From NCBI RefSeq assembly GCF_001194135.2, contig NC_068982.1:188420509-188484508 (forward strand): a stretch of 64,000 nt of DNA. Reading direction: 5' to 3'. The translations under genes and the position numbers were made by a program. Shown here one piece after another: positions 38,455 through 52,363 of the stretch (the first letter of the stretch is position 1; each line of letters starts with the position of its first letter). The notes under the pieces were generated by a model. It did not search any database. It was not told the DNA's origin and worked only from the letters and a program-made list of their open reading frames with translations. The stretch comes from Octopus bimaculoides. Lineage: Eukaryota.

Positions 38455-38928
38455 ATGAGGAATTCTGTACATTATTTACATTGGACGGATATTTGTCCTC
38501 ATCTTGTTTGTTGTTACCACAACGTTTCGGCTGATTTACCCTCCAGCCTTCTTCAGGTGTCCTGTTTGAATTTTGAACCCAACCAAGGGTTCGCGTTTGC
38601 ATTCAAGCCAGTGGGTTATTAGCTTTGAGTCTCTACATTTACACAGCAAGGTTAGATAGTTTGAAAGATGAGCTAGTTTCTCATGGAATTTCTCTGTAGG
38701 TCACCATTGAAGTCTAATGTCGGCTCCGTACCAATTAGATAATATTGTTCTATATTTTAGAGATGAGGAATTATTTACATTATTTACATTGGATGGATGT
38801 GTGTCCTCATCTTGTTTCTTGTTACCACAACGTTTCAGCTGATTTACTCTCCAACCTTCATCAGGTGTCCTGGTGGAATTTTGAATCCAACCCTAAGTTC
38901 TCATTCATAAGGTATTTTTTTGCTGATG

Positions 38929-38972
<44 letters not shown>

Positions 38973-39060
38973 TATTCAAGGTACTGCCTGGAATTGAACT
39001 CACAATCTTGGGGTTACTAGACTGTGCTCTTAACCATTACACTATATGCCTGTGGGCATA
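38455..39060 (-). mobile_element. Two tandem SINE family D copies (hammerhead-like motifs at 38516-38561 and 38824-38869)
   Basis: Both read GACAC-CTGA(A/T)GA-A-GG(C/T)TG...CAGC(C/T)-GAAACGTT-GTGGT on the minus strand; the second copy retains the tRNA head. Confidence 0.8.
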
Positions 39061-40028
39061 ATAGATAAGAGAGGTGTTTAGAATGCAGAATAGCAGAGAT
39101 GGAAAAGGGGATTGGTTGAAATTGTGTAAGAGGGATAATGAGGAATGGAAGTAGTTTGAGGCAGGGGACTGTTTGGGAGGGTGTGTGGTGAATACAGCAG
39201 CCACATAGTGCTATAGATGAGGGGGGGGGGTGCTTGGGAGTGCTCAAGCTTACCTAGTCGTTGGATGGTGCCTTGGGTAAAGTTCATCTTGTTGCAAACA
39301 CTGTGACCAGTTTGAGGAAAATTGGTTCTCTGTCTGCTGCAAGTCCCTTGAAAAACATAAAATGTCATCACGAAATCTGGCCCTCTTTGATGAAACAAAG
39401 TACAGAGAGAGAGAGAGAGAGGGAGGNNNNNNNNNNGGGGGGGGGGGGCTGTTGACCATTGATAGTTCAAATAATGAGATTTTGTGAAAACCACATCTCT
39501 TCAGATTAGGTCGAATGGTGATGAGGATGGCGGAGAGAGTACAACAGAAATATTTCAAGATTTGGAATGTTGTTAAAATGTTTCCTAAACTATTTTTTGT
39601 CTCATTAAATGAACAACTGAAGCAGAATTAAGTTTGTCTTGTTGCAGACATCTTTCTAATTAGATTAGACATTCGTTTTAGTTCAGCTATAATTTATTCA
39701 TGAACACCGACACACTGACACACATACACGTGCATGCATGCACATACATACATCCTCAAACTGAAGTCGTTTTGTTGGTGGCACATTGCACCACTCTTTC
39801 ACTTTGAAACATACACACACACACATATGTATGCACATTTTCGTGTGTGTATGTATGTGTATATATATATACTATATATTATGTATGTGGGTGTGTATGT
39901 GCATGCACGTGCTTTATAACATCTCTCATTTTTTTAATTTTTCTCAACTTTTTTGTTTTTCATCACCATTTTCTTTGTTATATTTTCACTTCATGTTTAA
40001 GTACAATTCTGAGAATATTTTTTTCTTT

Positions 40029-40092
<64 letters not shown>

Positions 40093-40138
40093 NNNNNNNN
40101 NNNNNNNNNNNNNNNNNNNNNNNNNNNNNNNNNNNNNN

Positions 40139-40251
<113 letters not shown>

Positions 40252-40319
40252 ATAAGCACATCCATAGACATGCATTTACATGGATCTGTATGACCTGTTG
40301 TTTGTTTCTAGAGTTGTCT

Positions 40320-40684
40320 TGACCAAGGTCGTACTTGAACGTTTGGTCCAGTCAATATGAGAAAACATCACACCAGAGACACTTTGTGATTTCTGCAGGG
40401 ATCCTAAAGAGGAGAAGGGCTGTCATTTCCAAGATCAGAAATGACATGAGCACTATGAGAACTTGTTGTTTGCCATTTTGGTTCTGTCAAAGACTTTCAA
40501 CCCTGAAAATAAGGGACTACTGTTGGATGTTCTTGAAAAGTTTGGTTGTGTTCCCAAATTCACATATTTTCTCCTCTGATTCCATGCATGATACCTCAAG
40601 TTCTTGGAAGCTACAAATCTGAGGTCACCAGTGTAAGAATGAGAGTCATGCATGGATGGTCTTTTGACTCCAGTATTGTTTAAC
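40320..40684 (+). mobile_element. RTE/BovB-like RT fragment, degraded, running into a gap
   Basis: ENITPETLCDFCR...AILVLSKTFN...LEKFGCVPKF resembles the PESQCGFR...AFxDLTKAFD...KFGCPPKF consensus. Confidence 0.65.
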
Positions 40685-41686
40685 NNNNNNNNNNNNNNNN
40701 NNNNNNNNNNNNNNNNNNNNNNNNNNNNNNNNNNNNNNNNNNNNNNNNNNNNNNNNNNNNNNNNNNNNNNNNNNNNNNNNNNNNNNNNNNNNNNNNNNNN
40801 NNNNNNNNNNNNNNNNNNNNNNNNNNNNNNNNNNNNNNNNNNNNNNNNNNNNNNNNNNNNNNNNNNNNNNNNNNNNNNNNNNNNNNNNNNNNNNNNNNNN
40901 NNNNNNNNNNNNNNNNNNNNNNNNNNNNNNNNNNNNNNNNNNNNNNNNNNNNNNNNNNNNNNNNNNNNNNNNNNNNNNNNNNNNNNNNNNNNNNNNNNNN
41001 NNNNNNNNNNNNNNNNNNNNNNNNNNNNNNNNNNNNNNNNNNNNNNNNNNNNNNNNNNNNNNNNNNNNNNNNNNNNNNNNNNNNNNNNNNNNNNNNNNNN
41101 NNNNNNNNNNNNNNNNNNNNNNNNNNNNNNNNNNNNNNNNNNNNNNNNNNNNNNNNNNNNNNNNNNNNNNNNNNNNNNNNNNNNNNNNNNNNNNNNNNNN
41201 NNNNNNNNNNNNNNNNNNNNNNNNNNNNNNNNNNNNNNNNNNNNNNNNNNNNNNNNNNNNNNNNNNNNNNNNNNNNNNNNNNNNNNNNNNNNNNNNNNNN
41301 NNNNNNCCCCTGCCCCCGCAGACACAGGACTGGCTGTGTGGTAAGTAGCTTGCTTACCAACCACATGGTTCCAGGTTCAGTCCCACTGCGTGGTACCTTG
41401 GGCAAGTGTCTTCCACTATAGCCTCGGGCCGACCAAAGCCTTGTGAGTGGATTTGGTAGAAGGAAACTGAAAGAAGCCCGTTGTGTATATGTATATATAT
41501 GTATGTGTGTTTTTGTGTCTGTGTTTGTCCCCCCATCATCACTTGACAACCGATGCTGGTGTGTTTACGTCCCCGTAACTTAGTGGTTCGGCAAAAAGAG
41601 ACCGATAGAATAAGTACTAGACTAAAGGCGGTGCTCCAGCATGGCCGCAGTCAACTGACTAAAACAAGTAAAAGAGTAAAGAATAC

Positions 41687-42155
41687 ATTTAGAGCTTTAA
41701 CGGGTTTCACAGTTTCCACTGATTTTCAAAAAGATCAAATAGAAAGACATGGCTTATGTTGCAGCTGTCTTGCTTCTGACTCGTGTTTGAAGTTTGCCCT
41801 GTTTTTATAGGGAGTTCAAGGCTCAAATTAGTGTGTTTTGAATAGGATTTGATTGGTAGAGGATAGTCCCATTTTTGTATGTTCCCTGCTACATCCATGT
41901 GTTAGTATCAAGTGACAAAGTTAAGGCTGATATGGTTGACTGAACATGTCATAGAGAATGAACGCATGATTAAGTTTAAAACCTTTTGTACATTTCCCTG
42001 CTACGTCTGTGTGTTAGTGTCACACACTTCCTATAAAAACAGGGCAAACTCTAAACGCTAATCAGAAGTGAGACAGCTGCGACATAAGCCACGTCTTTCT
42101 ATTTGAACTTTTTGAAAATCAGTGTAAAACTGTGAAACTGGTTAAAGCTTCAAAT
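41687..42155. mobile_element. MITE-like element with ~129-bp imperfect TIRs (41687-41815 / 42026-42155)
   Basis: Direct reading of complementary arms; internal 38-bp direct repeat at about 41872 and 41984. Confidence 0.8.
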
Positions 42156-42989
42156 ATTTTAAGAAAAAGTATTTTAACTATTCTCAGTGCATTTTCAACT
42201 TCTATTTTTCCTATATTTCTACCCGTGTGGAATAAAATATCTTTGCTTTATATATATCATCATCATCGTTTAACGTACGTTTTCCACGCTGGCATGGGTT
42301 GGATGGTTTGACTGAAGTCTGGCAAGCCAGCAGCTACACCAGATCTGGCAGCTACATCTGATCTGGCAAGGTTTCTACAGCTGGATGCCCTTCCTAATGC
42401 CAACCAGAGTGTAGTGGGTGCTTTTTATGTGCCGCTGGCATGGGGGCAGTCAGGAGGGCCCAGCATTGATCACATTCAGATGGTGCTTTTTACATGCCAT
42501 CGGCACAGGAGCCAGTCAGGCAGTTCTGGTATCAATCACATTCAGATAGTGTTTTTTACGTGCCACCAGTGTGGGAGCCAGTCGGGGGCACTGGCATCGG
42601 CCACATTCAGATGGTGCTTTTTACGTGCCACCAGCACGGGAGCCAGTCAGGGGGCACTGGTATTGACCACGTTCAGATGATGTATTTTACATGCCCCCAG
42701 AATGGGAGCCAGTCAAGGGGCACTGGCCACAGCTACATGCTGAATTTAATACAGTTTCCCTTTAACATATTTCCTTATCCAGCATTGATTAGGGCAGTGA
42801 AAAAATAGACACTTGCTCGAGGTGGGATTGAACCTGAAACTACACAATTGAAAAACTAATTTCTTAACTGACAGTTGTGTCTGTTCCTAGCAATGCCCAT
42901 GTCTTATGCTGTCTACCCCTTGCTATGCATGTGCCTAGTTATGCCTCCACCTAGTGATACTTATATATATAAGAGTGACTATACATTGC

Positions 42990-43275
42990 TGCTTACTACA
43001 GTTCTATATGAAGAAATGAGGAATTATGTTCATTATTTACTTTATTTACATTAGACGGATATTTGTTCTCATCTTGTTTGTTGTTAACACTATGTTTCGG
43101 CTGATATACCCTCCAGCCTTCATCAAGTGTCTTGGGGAAATTTCGAACCTGGGTTCTCATTCCTAAGCTATTTTCAATGTTATTATTATTGATCAGGTCA
43201 CTGCTTGGAATCAAACTTGGAATCTTGGGGTTAGTAGCCTGCACTCTTAACTACTACATCATATGCTTGTGGGCA
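42990..43275 (-). mobile_element. SINE family D copy with a mutated hammerhead core (TTGATGA; GAAACATA)
   Basis: Full head-to-tail collinearity with 63410-63670; core substitutions at 43086-43131. Confidence 0.85.
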
Positions 43276-44253
43276 ATTATGGAGTGAAATTTAGGGCTTT
43301 TAAATCTAATATTTTCCTATCCTTCCTTGCTGCTTATTACCTAAGCATTTCTCTTTCTATGGAGCTTTTCTCTTGACTCAGGGATGTCTTTTCAGCATCT
43401 CCCTAGTTGGGTCCCTGCTTCCTTGCAGTTTCTTTTTGCATTCTGCTGTACCACATCATATGTTTCTCTGAAGGAAAATCCTTCCTCTCCTTGTTGGTTC
43501 AGAAATGCCATCAATGCTTCTGTCACTTAGCTTTTTTTCTAGATAGGATTGGTACTCCTATACAAACTGCATTTTACCTCTGGGAAGAAGAAGTCCATAT
43601 TGGTCTGACCTGTATTGTTTGACCTGTATTGTTTGACCTGTCCAGTATGAGAGGCCCTACTGGGGGCTTCTGCTCCACTGGCATAGCTTTCGGGCTCATT
43701 GAGACTCATAGGCCACCACAAGGACTGGAACTTGGGGTAGATATATAGCTGTTGAGTTTTTGTTTTTCTGGGAGACACACCTCTAAATAAAACACCTCTT
43801 CTCCTGGTGGGGATTCATCTCTCATCAATTTAGTAATGCAGGAATTGTAAATACTTTATGAATTAAACTGGTTGGCATTGCTTAACCCCAGGTCAACTCT
43901 GATCAAGCAGACCCTAACCATCTGCGTCCCCAATTATTTTGTTTTTTTCTACAAGCATAATGTCTCTCGGAATATATCATCTAAAGCATTGTCTGCCATT
44001 CCCTTTATTTGTAAAATACTAAGGTATGATTAGAATTAGAATTGACTGCTATATCTAGCAGGTCAAGCAATGAGGTACAGCCTCTTGACTGTTTGGTTCC
44101 TGAACTCTGTAGTTTCATGAGATGAGTAAACACAAATGAATAATGATTGATTGAGTTAAAAACTAATGATTCCAGTAACATAGTTTCACTCACTGACTTA
44201 ATTGAATGCATCCAACTGTGAAACACTTCCTCACTTCAAATTATTTGAAAATA

Positions 44254-44286
<33 letters not shown>

Positions 44287-45797
44287 TGATAATAATAGCA
44301 ATTTAACTAATGTTAATGTACCTTGAAACCTGCAGCAGCATTGAGGCTGGTGGTGGGTGGAAAAGATGAAATTCAAAAGAAAGACATTTTATCTTTTGTT
44401 TTTAATAGAAGAATATTTTTGTTTAATAATCTAAAGATGTTTTTAGCATCCAACAGAACTGATCTCTAACAGGACGGTGGCTGTTTGTTTCTCTAACACT
44501 CACAGACAATGTAAACATTTTGATTGCCAATAATCTTCCCTTCTCTCATATTCTTTCTTTCTTTCTTTCCTATCTCTTTCTTCTTTTTTTTTCTGTCTCT
44601 TTCCTCTTTTTCTTTCTCATTCATTTTCTTCATCGCCATCATCATCATCATCTAATTTCTTTTGCATTATCCTCAACAACAACAAGAAGCATTTATTTCC
44701 TCTTCAATATTTCGACAAAATAAAAACGGAAAGAAAGGCCACAACAGCCGACCATCACCTCCGGACAGCCTCTCTGTATTTACTGTACATCTTACATATC
44801 TGCTGTCCATACAGAAATCTCAATGCGTGTGCAACATACAACCGACAGCAGTTACATCCCTTGTACAATAGAATCCACTAGAAATGCTTTTCTTTGCCGA
44901 AAGCAACAAAAATGCGCAAAAAAAAAAATTGAGGAAAAGATAAAAACAAAAACAACAAAAACACGGAAAATTTGTCTCCAAAGCATGGAATAAAAACAAC
45001 TCACATCAGTTGTTAGATGTGAAGGGACTGGATCTTTCAAGAATTCTCTGTTTCCTCTGAAATTCACCCACACTACTCTTAACATACCTAAGCACCTTTT
45101 CTTCTTCATCGCTCGTTTACTCTTCGCTTTTCTCTCTTTTTCTGCTTCATTCTGTTCTCTTCATACGCTTTTATCTTTCATTGCAGCCTTTCTTTACTTG
45201 ACTTATGCTCTCTGTCTCCTCTTTTCAACTTTTCCTGCAAGTTGTACTTGTGGGCACTGTATACAATAAACTCATTCTTCTTCTTGTTCTCACCAATAAT
45301 AATAACAATAATAATAATAACAATAATAATAATAAGTGTTGGCTACAGCAAATATTCCACTCAATACCACAGATATGCTTGTCAGTTGTTTGACCTTAAC
45401 CAATTGAGCATGTCCCTTGGTGACTGACGATATGTGCATCTCTGATCATGAGCAGAAGTAGTCAGGGAGCATCATAGCCATGTGTTGAGAGGAATTCTTT
45501 GGGGTTTGAATAATTCACCTTTGGAAACATGGGTGTGTCATTCAACATCCTTAAACAACCCTTATTCAGGGGCCTTTTGAGCGGGATGGGTTACTCGACC
45601 GGAAGAAAATTCTAACTGGGCCTCACCTGCGAGGTCATGCGCTGTTTATCTTAATATGAGATCACCATGTCGCACACATATGGTTATGATGCATATGCCT
45701 TGTGTACCCTTATCAGACGGGTAGTCATGATGGGTATAATGGGCTTCGTATATTTTACCCCAGTGTCACTTTGATGGCATGCACTGCTCTCTCACTC

Positions 45798-45833
<36 letters not shown>

Positions 45834-48800
45834 GGTTTCAAATTTTGGCACAAGCCCAGCAGTTTCGGAAAGGGATAAGTCAATTATATTAACCCCAGTG
45901 CTCAACTGGTACTCATCTTATCAACCTCGAAAGAATAAAAGACAAAGGTGACCTTGGCAGAATTGGAACTCAGAATGTAAAGACAGACGAAATGCCTCTA
46001 AGCATTTTGCTTGGCATGCTGATGAGTTTGCTAGTTCATCACCTTAATAATAATAATTATAATAATAACAATAATAATAATAATAATCCTTTCTTCAAAG
46101 CTTGAAATTTAGGGGGAAGGAACTAGTTGATTACACTAACCCCAGTACTCAACTGGTCCTTATTTCATTGACCTCGAAAGGATGAAAGGCAAAGTTGAAC
46201 TCAGAACATAGACAGATGAAATGCCACTAAGCATTTAGGCCAGCACATTAACAACTCTGCCACTTCACCCCCTCACATATATTTTACTTAAATTCCTTTC
46301 CCTGCAAATAAAATCTTACTCATTCAGTTTTATTATTTTATAACGAGATAAAGCAATGAGCTGGCAGAATCATTAGCTTGCTGGGCAAACTGCTTGACAG
46401 CATTTCATCTGTCTGTATGTTCTGAGTTCAAACTTCGCCAAAATCAGCTTTGCTTTTCATCTTTTCAGGGTTGATAAATTAAGTACCAGTCAAGTACTGG
46501 AGTCGGTGTGACTGACTATACCCCTCCCCACAAAATTCCAGGCCTTGTATCTATTGTAGAAAGGATTGTTTTATAATGAGATGTTTCCAACACAGACCTC
46601 CTGTGCCGGTGGCACGTAAAAAGCACCATTCGAGCATGATCGTTGTCAGCGTCGCCTTACTGGCACATGACCCAGTGGCACGTAAAAAACAACATTCGAG
46701 CATGTTCGTTGCCAGTGCCGCCGGACTGGCTCCCATGCAAGTGGCACATAAAAAAACACCTTTTGAGCGTGGTCATTGCCAGTACCGCCTGACTGGCCCT
46801 CATACCAGTGGCACATAAGAGCATCCACTACACTCTCAGAGTGGTTGGCATTAGGAAGGGCATCCAGCTGTAGAAACTTTGCCAGATCAGATTGGAGCCT
46901 GGTACAGCCTTCTGGCTCACCAGTCCTCAGTCAAACCATCCAATCCATGCCAGCAGGGAAAGCGGACATTAAACAACGACGACAATGATGATCAGATTTT
47001 TCAATTGTGTGGCATTTCACCTGTTTGCATCTTCTGAGACAAAAATTTGTTGTCCTTTGATGTCTTTTATTGAGACTTGAGTGTAGTTTGTACAAATTAA
47101 GGCAAAGACAAAATACAAACTTGTACCCAGTTCAAATATGCTTGAGGCATATTTGGAAGCCATTTGCTGTATATTGTGAGAGAGAAAATTTCTCACCGTA
47201 GACAAATAAGTGGAAATAGACTAAGTCAGTTCACAGCATTCTCTAACCAGACTTGTAGATGCATGCATTTCAGAGTGGTTATTTCCTCTTCAGCAGCAGA
47301 GACCAGAAAGGCATACACTACGAGCTGACATGAGACACAGGTCCAGCTTATGATATTCCTGTCATCGTTCAGTGACTGATTGTGTTTATGCAGTGGCTTG
47401 CTGTAAATAACATGCGGGGTGACAACGCTAAGCAGTGATGTGTAGAAATACAAACTTGTTACCAGTTCAAATACGCTTGAGGTATATTCAGATCTGAATG
47501 AAAGCCACCCAGTGTAGTTTGTCATGGAGAACATTTCTCATTGTAGACAAATAGGTGTCTCACAGTGCACCCTGTGAGAAATTTTCTCCATGACAAAATT
47601 GAGTAAAGTTCAAATATACCTCAAGCATTAGAAAATTACTATTTTTAAATCTCACGATGAGAGATATTCAACAAAAGTACTTTGGAGTAAAGATTGTTTG
47701 TCAACATAACATGGCAGTCCTGGTTTAGGACGAATGTTACTGTAATTTAGCCCCAAGAAACATCGTCTCCAGCTGGCTATACGACACAATCTATGTCCTT
47801 ATATTTTAGAACAAGGGAATCTAGCACCCCCACTCAGCTCTGAACAATATCTATGTATCGCTATTTCCGGGTCATTTCTCTTCATCAGCACAGAATAATT
47901 GTTTGGCTAGAGGTGGCGCTGCCAAATTCCCGTTCAAAATATATAGTTTTCAAAGTGACAACTAGTCACTGATTTATAAATTAGAAAATTATTATTTTTA
48001 AATCTCACAACGAGAGATATTCAACAACAGTACTTTGGAGTAGAGATTATTTGCCAACATAACATGGCAGACCTGGTTTAGAATGAATGTTGCTGTAATT
48101 TAGCCCCAAAAGACATCGTATATAGCTGGCTATACGACACAATCTGTATCCTTATATTTTCGAAGTGTTTTGAGCTGAGTGGGGGGTGCTAGATTCCCTT
48201 GTTTGAAAATATAAGGACACAGATTGTGTTGTATAGCCTGCAGGAGACGATGTCTCCTGGGGCTAAATTACAGCAACATTAGTCCTAAACCAGGACTGCC
48301 ATGTTATGTTGGCAAACAATCTCTACCTCAAGCATATTTAACTGGTAACAAGTTTGTATTTATAAAATATATACTTGTGTGTGTGTGTAATTCATTCATA
48401 ATTCTATTCGTAATTAGTATAATTGATAGGATTCACAATAGCCTCTTTAATTACTTGTGTAATTCACCTACAAACTATAAAGTCTGGAAATTACTAGAAA
48501 AATACTTATACAAATATTTGTTAACCTGTTTACAGGTGTTGCAAATGTACCCCATTTCAAGAACAATCCCATAAGCAAACTCGTACTTGAGTGGTACATG
48601 TTTTATTGGTTCTTGAAGAATAAAAGACAAAACCAGCCTTGGCTGCAACCATGCAATTGCCAGCACTAATTAGCAGATCACCTTCGTAACAGAAAGTTTT
48701 AATGATGACTAGTGAGTTGTCTGAGTAGTTCATAAATCTCATGTGATGGGTGCTCTATTGCTTATTAACTATTGCTAATTAATTATTGCTACACATCATC

Positions 48801-50624
48801 ATCATGTGTGTGCGTGTGTGTGTGTGTGTAATCATCATTTAATGTCCATTTACCCTGCTGGCCTGGGCTGGAGAGTCGGACAAGAGCTGGCAAACAAGAG
48901 AACTGCATCAGGCTCTAGTTGTTTGTTTTGGCAGGATTTCTATGGCTAGGTCCCCTTCTTAATGCCAACCAATTTATATGGTGTACTGGGTGCTTGTTAC
49001 ATGGTGCCAACACAGGTGCTTTTTACATGGCACCAGGATGAGTGCTTTTTACATAGCACCAGGATGCATACTTTTTACATGGTGCCAGCATGGGTGCTTC
49101 TTAGGTGACTCCAGCATGGGTACATTTTATGTGGTGTCAGTACGTGTGCTCCTTATGTGGTGCCACCACCTGTAGGGTCACCATGTAGCTTGCAAGACAA
49201 GTTCGTCTCAACTGAGAGAGGGAGTGTAACTTAGATTAGCACAGAAGAGATACATAGCTACCCCAGTAGGACAATGAAGAGAAGGAAAGTATATATGTAT
49301 GTATATATTTGTGTGCTTGTGTTTGTCTCTTACCATCACTTGACACCTGTCTCCCTAGTCTAGCAGTTTGGCAAAAGAGACTGATTGAATAAGTACTAGA
49401 CTTACAGAGAATAAGTCCTGGGATCGATTTGTTTGACTAAAGGCGGTGCTCCAACATGGCCACATTCAAATGACTGTAATACGTAAAACCATAAACCTCT
49501 TCTTCAGAGCTACTCAATGACTTTCATTTCATTTCCTTCCTTCAATCTCATGATAAATGCTGACACCTTAGGTTTCATATGGATGCACCTTCCTACTGTC
49601 AGATTCTTGAAGTGGCTTTCACCTTATAATAATCAACTAAATACCAGTAACTTATGTATATACACACACACACACACATAGGTATGTGTGTGTGTGTAGC
49701 ATTTATTGGTAATATGTATGTATACAGTGTATATACAGCTGTGTTTATGTGTGTGGTGTGTGTGGTGTGGTGTGGTGTGGTGTGTAGTTCTGTATACTTG
49801 CAGTGAGTTTGGTATAATTAGTAACAGTTGTTGGTTTCACTGAAAATCTCTATGAAACACTTCAGAAGAAGCTATCAAGATTCTAAGAACAAGGTGAAAA
49901 TGTCAGCACTCGTGTGTGTGTGTGTGCGCACACGCACACACATACACAACGTAAACATTTATATCTGCATATTTACACCTACACATATTGATTAGATTGG
50001 TTCTAACCATTGGCATATAGATCAGCTTTGAGTGTTTATCAAACCACGAGGCAGGGAGGGTCTTTATGGTGTTTACTCAGAGTACTAGAAATAGCAGCCA
50101 AATTACGCTTGAGTCACATTGTACTGTCTTAAAGAAGGAGCAACACACTGGATAATGTGAATGTCTTTCTTTACTCAGCAATGCATGGGTGTGGCTGTGT
50201 AGTTATGAAGCATGCTTTCCAACCATGTGGGTTCTCGGTTCAGTCCCTCTGCATGGCACCCTGGGCTTGTGTCTTTTCCAATAACCCCAAACCAACCGAA
50301 GCCTTGTGAGTGGATTAGGTAAGAGAAAACTGAAAGAAGTCCATCATTCATATATATATATTTCTTTTATTCTTTTATTTGTTTCAGTCAGTTGACTGTG
50401 GCAATACTGGAGCACCGCCTTGTCAAACAATTCAACCTCAAGACTTAGTTTTTTTAAGCCTAACACTTATTCTGTCAGTCTCTTTGCTGAACTGCTAAAT
50501 TTGTTTTCTTGGGGTTGGCTCTGTGAAAATTTTCTTGTTACATGTAGATGGGACACAGCACTTCTAGCACTCAGTTTTGCTGACTTGGGTGGATCTTCTC
50601 TGGAACCTCATATCACCATACATT

Positions 50625-51960
50625 TCAGTCCATTGTCATTTCCTCTGTGATCCCTAACACTCTGAGATCAATCCTCACCACTTCATCCCACTTCTTCCTG
50701 GGTCTCCCTCTTCCAAAGGTACCATCTATTTTCAGTGACAGGCCCTTCTTTATGCAGCTGTCTTCACTCATAAGCATCACATGTCCAAACCAACACATTC
50801 TCCTCCCCTGCATACCTTATTTAATTCCTCTTATGCCTGACTTTTCTCTCAACACAGTTGCACTTCGCCATTCATGCACATTGACGCTTCACATCCAACA
50901 GAGCACACTACCTTCATTCCTTTGCAGTCAACGCATGTCCTTTGCATTCAGAGCCCATGTCTCACTACCATGGAATATAGCCATTCTCACACAAGCATCA
51001 TACAATCTACCTTTCACTCTGAGAAGAAGTTCTTTGGCTGCCAACAGAGGTAGCTGTTCTCTGAACTTCCTCCATCCTATTCTTATTCTAGAAAAAATAC
51101 TATCAGAGCATCCACCACCATTACTAATTTGGTCACCTAAGTAGCAGAAACTACTTACTACCTCAAGAGAGCCCCCTGCACATTTGAGAGAGCCTACGTT
51201 CTGTGTGCTCTTAGCGCTTATTGTTCCTGCACATCTGCTACACATGAAAGCGATCTTATCTGTTAATCTATCTGTGATTTCACTGCATCTCCTCTGTGTC
51301 CTGTCCATAGCTTACACTGGGTGCAGAGAATGGAATTACTTTCCACTTCTTTCCAACATCCTGAGCAGGGCCATTTACCTGACAGAAAGAGAACCCTGTC
51401 TGCTTTCTTGCTAGCAACAACTTTAGTCTTTGCTAGGTTAACTTTAAGGCTTTTTGATTCCAGGTTTTGCTTCAATACCTGGAACTTATTATCCAATTCT
51501 GCTTCAGATTCTGCAATAAGAACAAGGTTGTCAGCATATAGCTGCACCCATGGGCATCCAGTCTTGAATTCCTCTGTTATGGCCTGGAGGACTATGATGA
51601 ATAAGAGTGGACTGAGAACTGATCCTTGGTGAACCCTCAACTTATACATTCGTGTCATCATTGTATTCAAGGTCGACTCTCACCTTACTGACAGCATCAC
51701 TGTACATGGCTTGTATGGATTCTAAAAAGCCACTGCTCTACTCCCAGCTTCCTTAGAGACCACCAGATAAGAGAGCAGGAAACCCAGTCAAAAGCTTTCT
51801 CCGGGTCAACAAAAGCTAAGGACAATGGTTTACTTTTGGCCAAATACTTTTCTTGTCTCATTAGGAAGATGGCATCTGTGGTTCTCCTCCCAGAAACAAA
51901 ACCAAACTTCATCTCATCTAGTTTTAATTCCATTCCTAATCAATTGAGCTATAACTCTCT
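50625..51960 (-). mobile_element. RTE-clade LINE reverse transcriptase, pseudogenised, about 1.3 kb
   Basis: DEMKFGFVSGRRTTDAIFLMRQ...LAFVDPEKAFD; VHQGSVLSPLLF; QLYADNLVLIA (YADD site decayed); FCYLGDQIS; LYDACVRMAIFHGSETW; WFGHV...GRGRPRKKW, spread over several frames. Confidence 0.92.
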
Positions 51961-52326
51961 CTGTAATTTTCATGGCCTGGTCCATATATAGGTGTAGCTG
52001 TGGTAAGAAGTTTGCTTCCCAACCACAGGGTTTTCAGTTCAGTCCCATTGCATGGCATCTTGGGAGTAGATTTGGTAGAGAGAAACTGAAAGAAGCCCAT
52101 CATATTTGTGCGTACTTGTGTATCATTGTATGGCCTCCCCCACTGCTTGACAACTGGTGTTGGCGTTTTTATGACCTCATAACTTAGTGGTTCATCAAAA
52201 GAGACTAATAGAATAAGTACCAGCCTTAAATAAAAAAAAAAGTAATGAGGTCAATTTGTTCAACTAAAATTCTTTAAGGTGGTGTCGCACCATTGCCAGA
52301 TTCTAATGACTGAAACAAGGAAACGA

Positions 52327-52363
<37 letters not shown>

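Noticed and set aside
50625-51960. Active or domesticated reverse transcriptase gene
   Set aside because: Multiple frameshifts and stops, and the catalytic YADD is changed to YADN.
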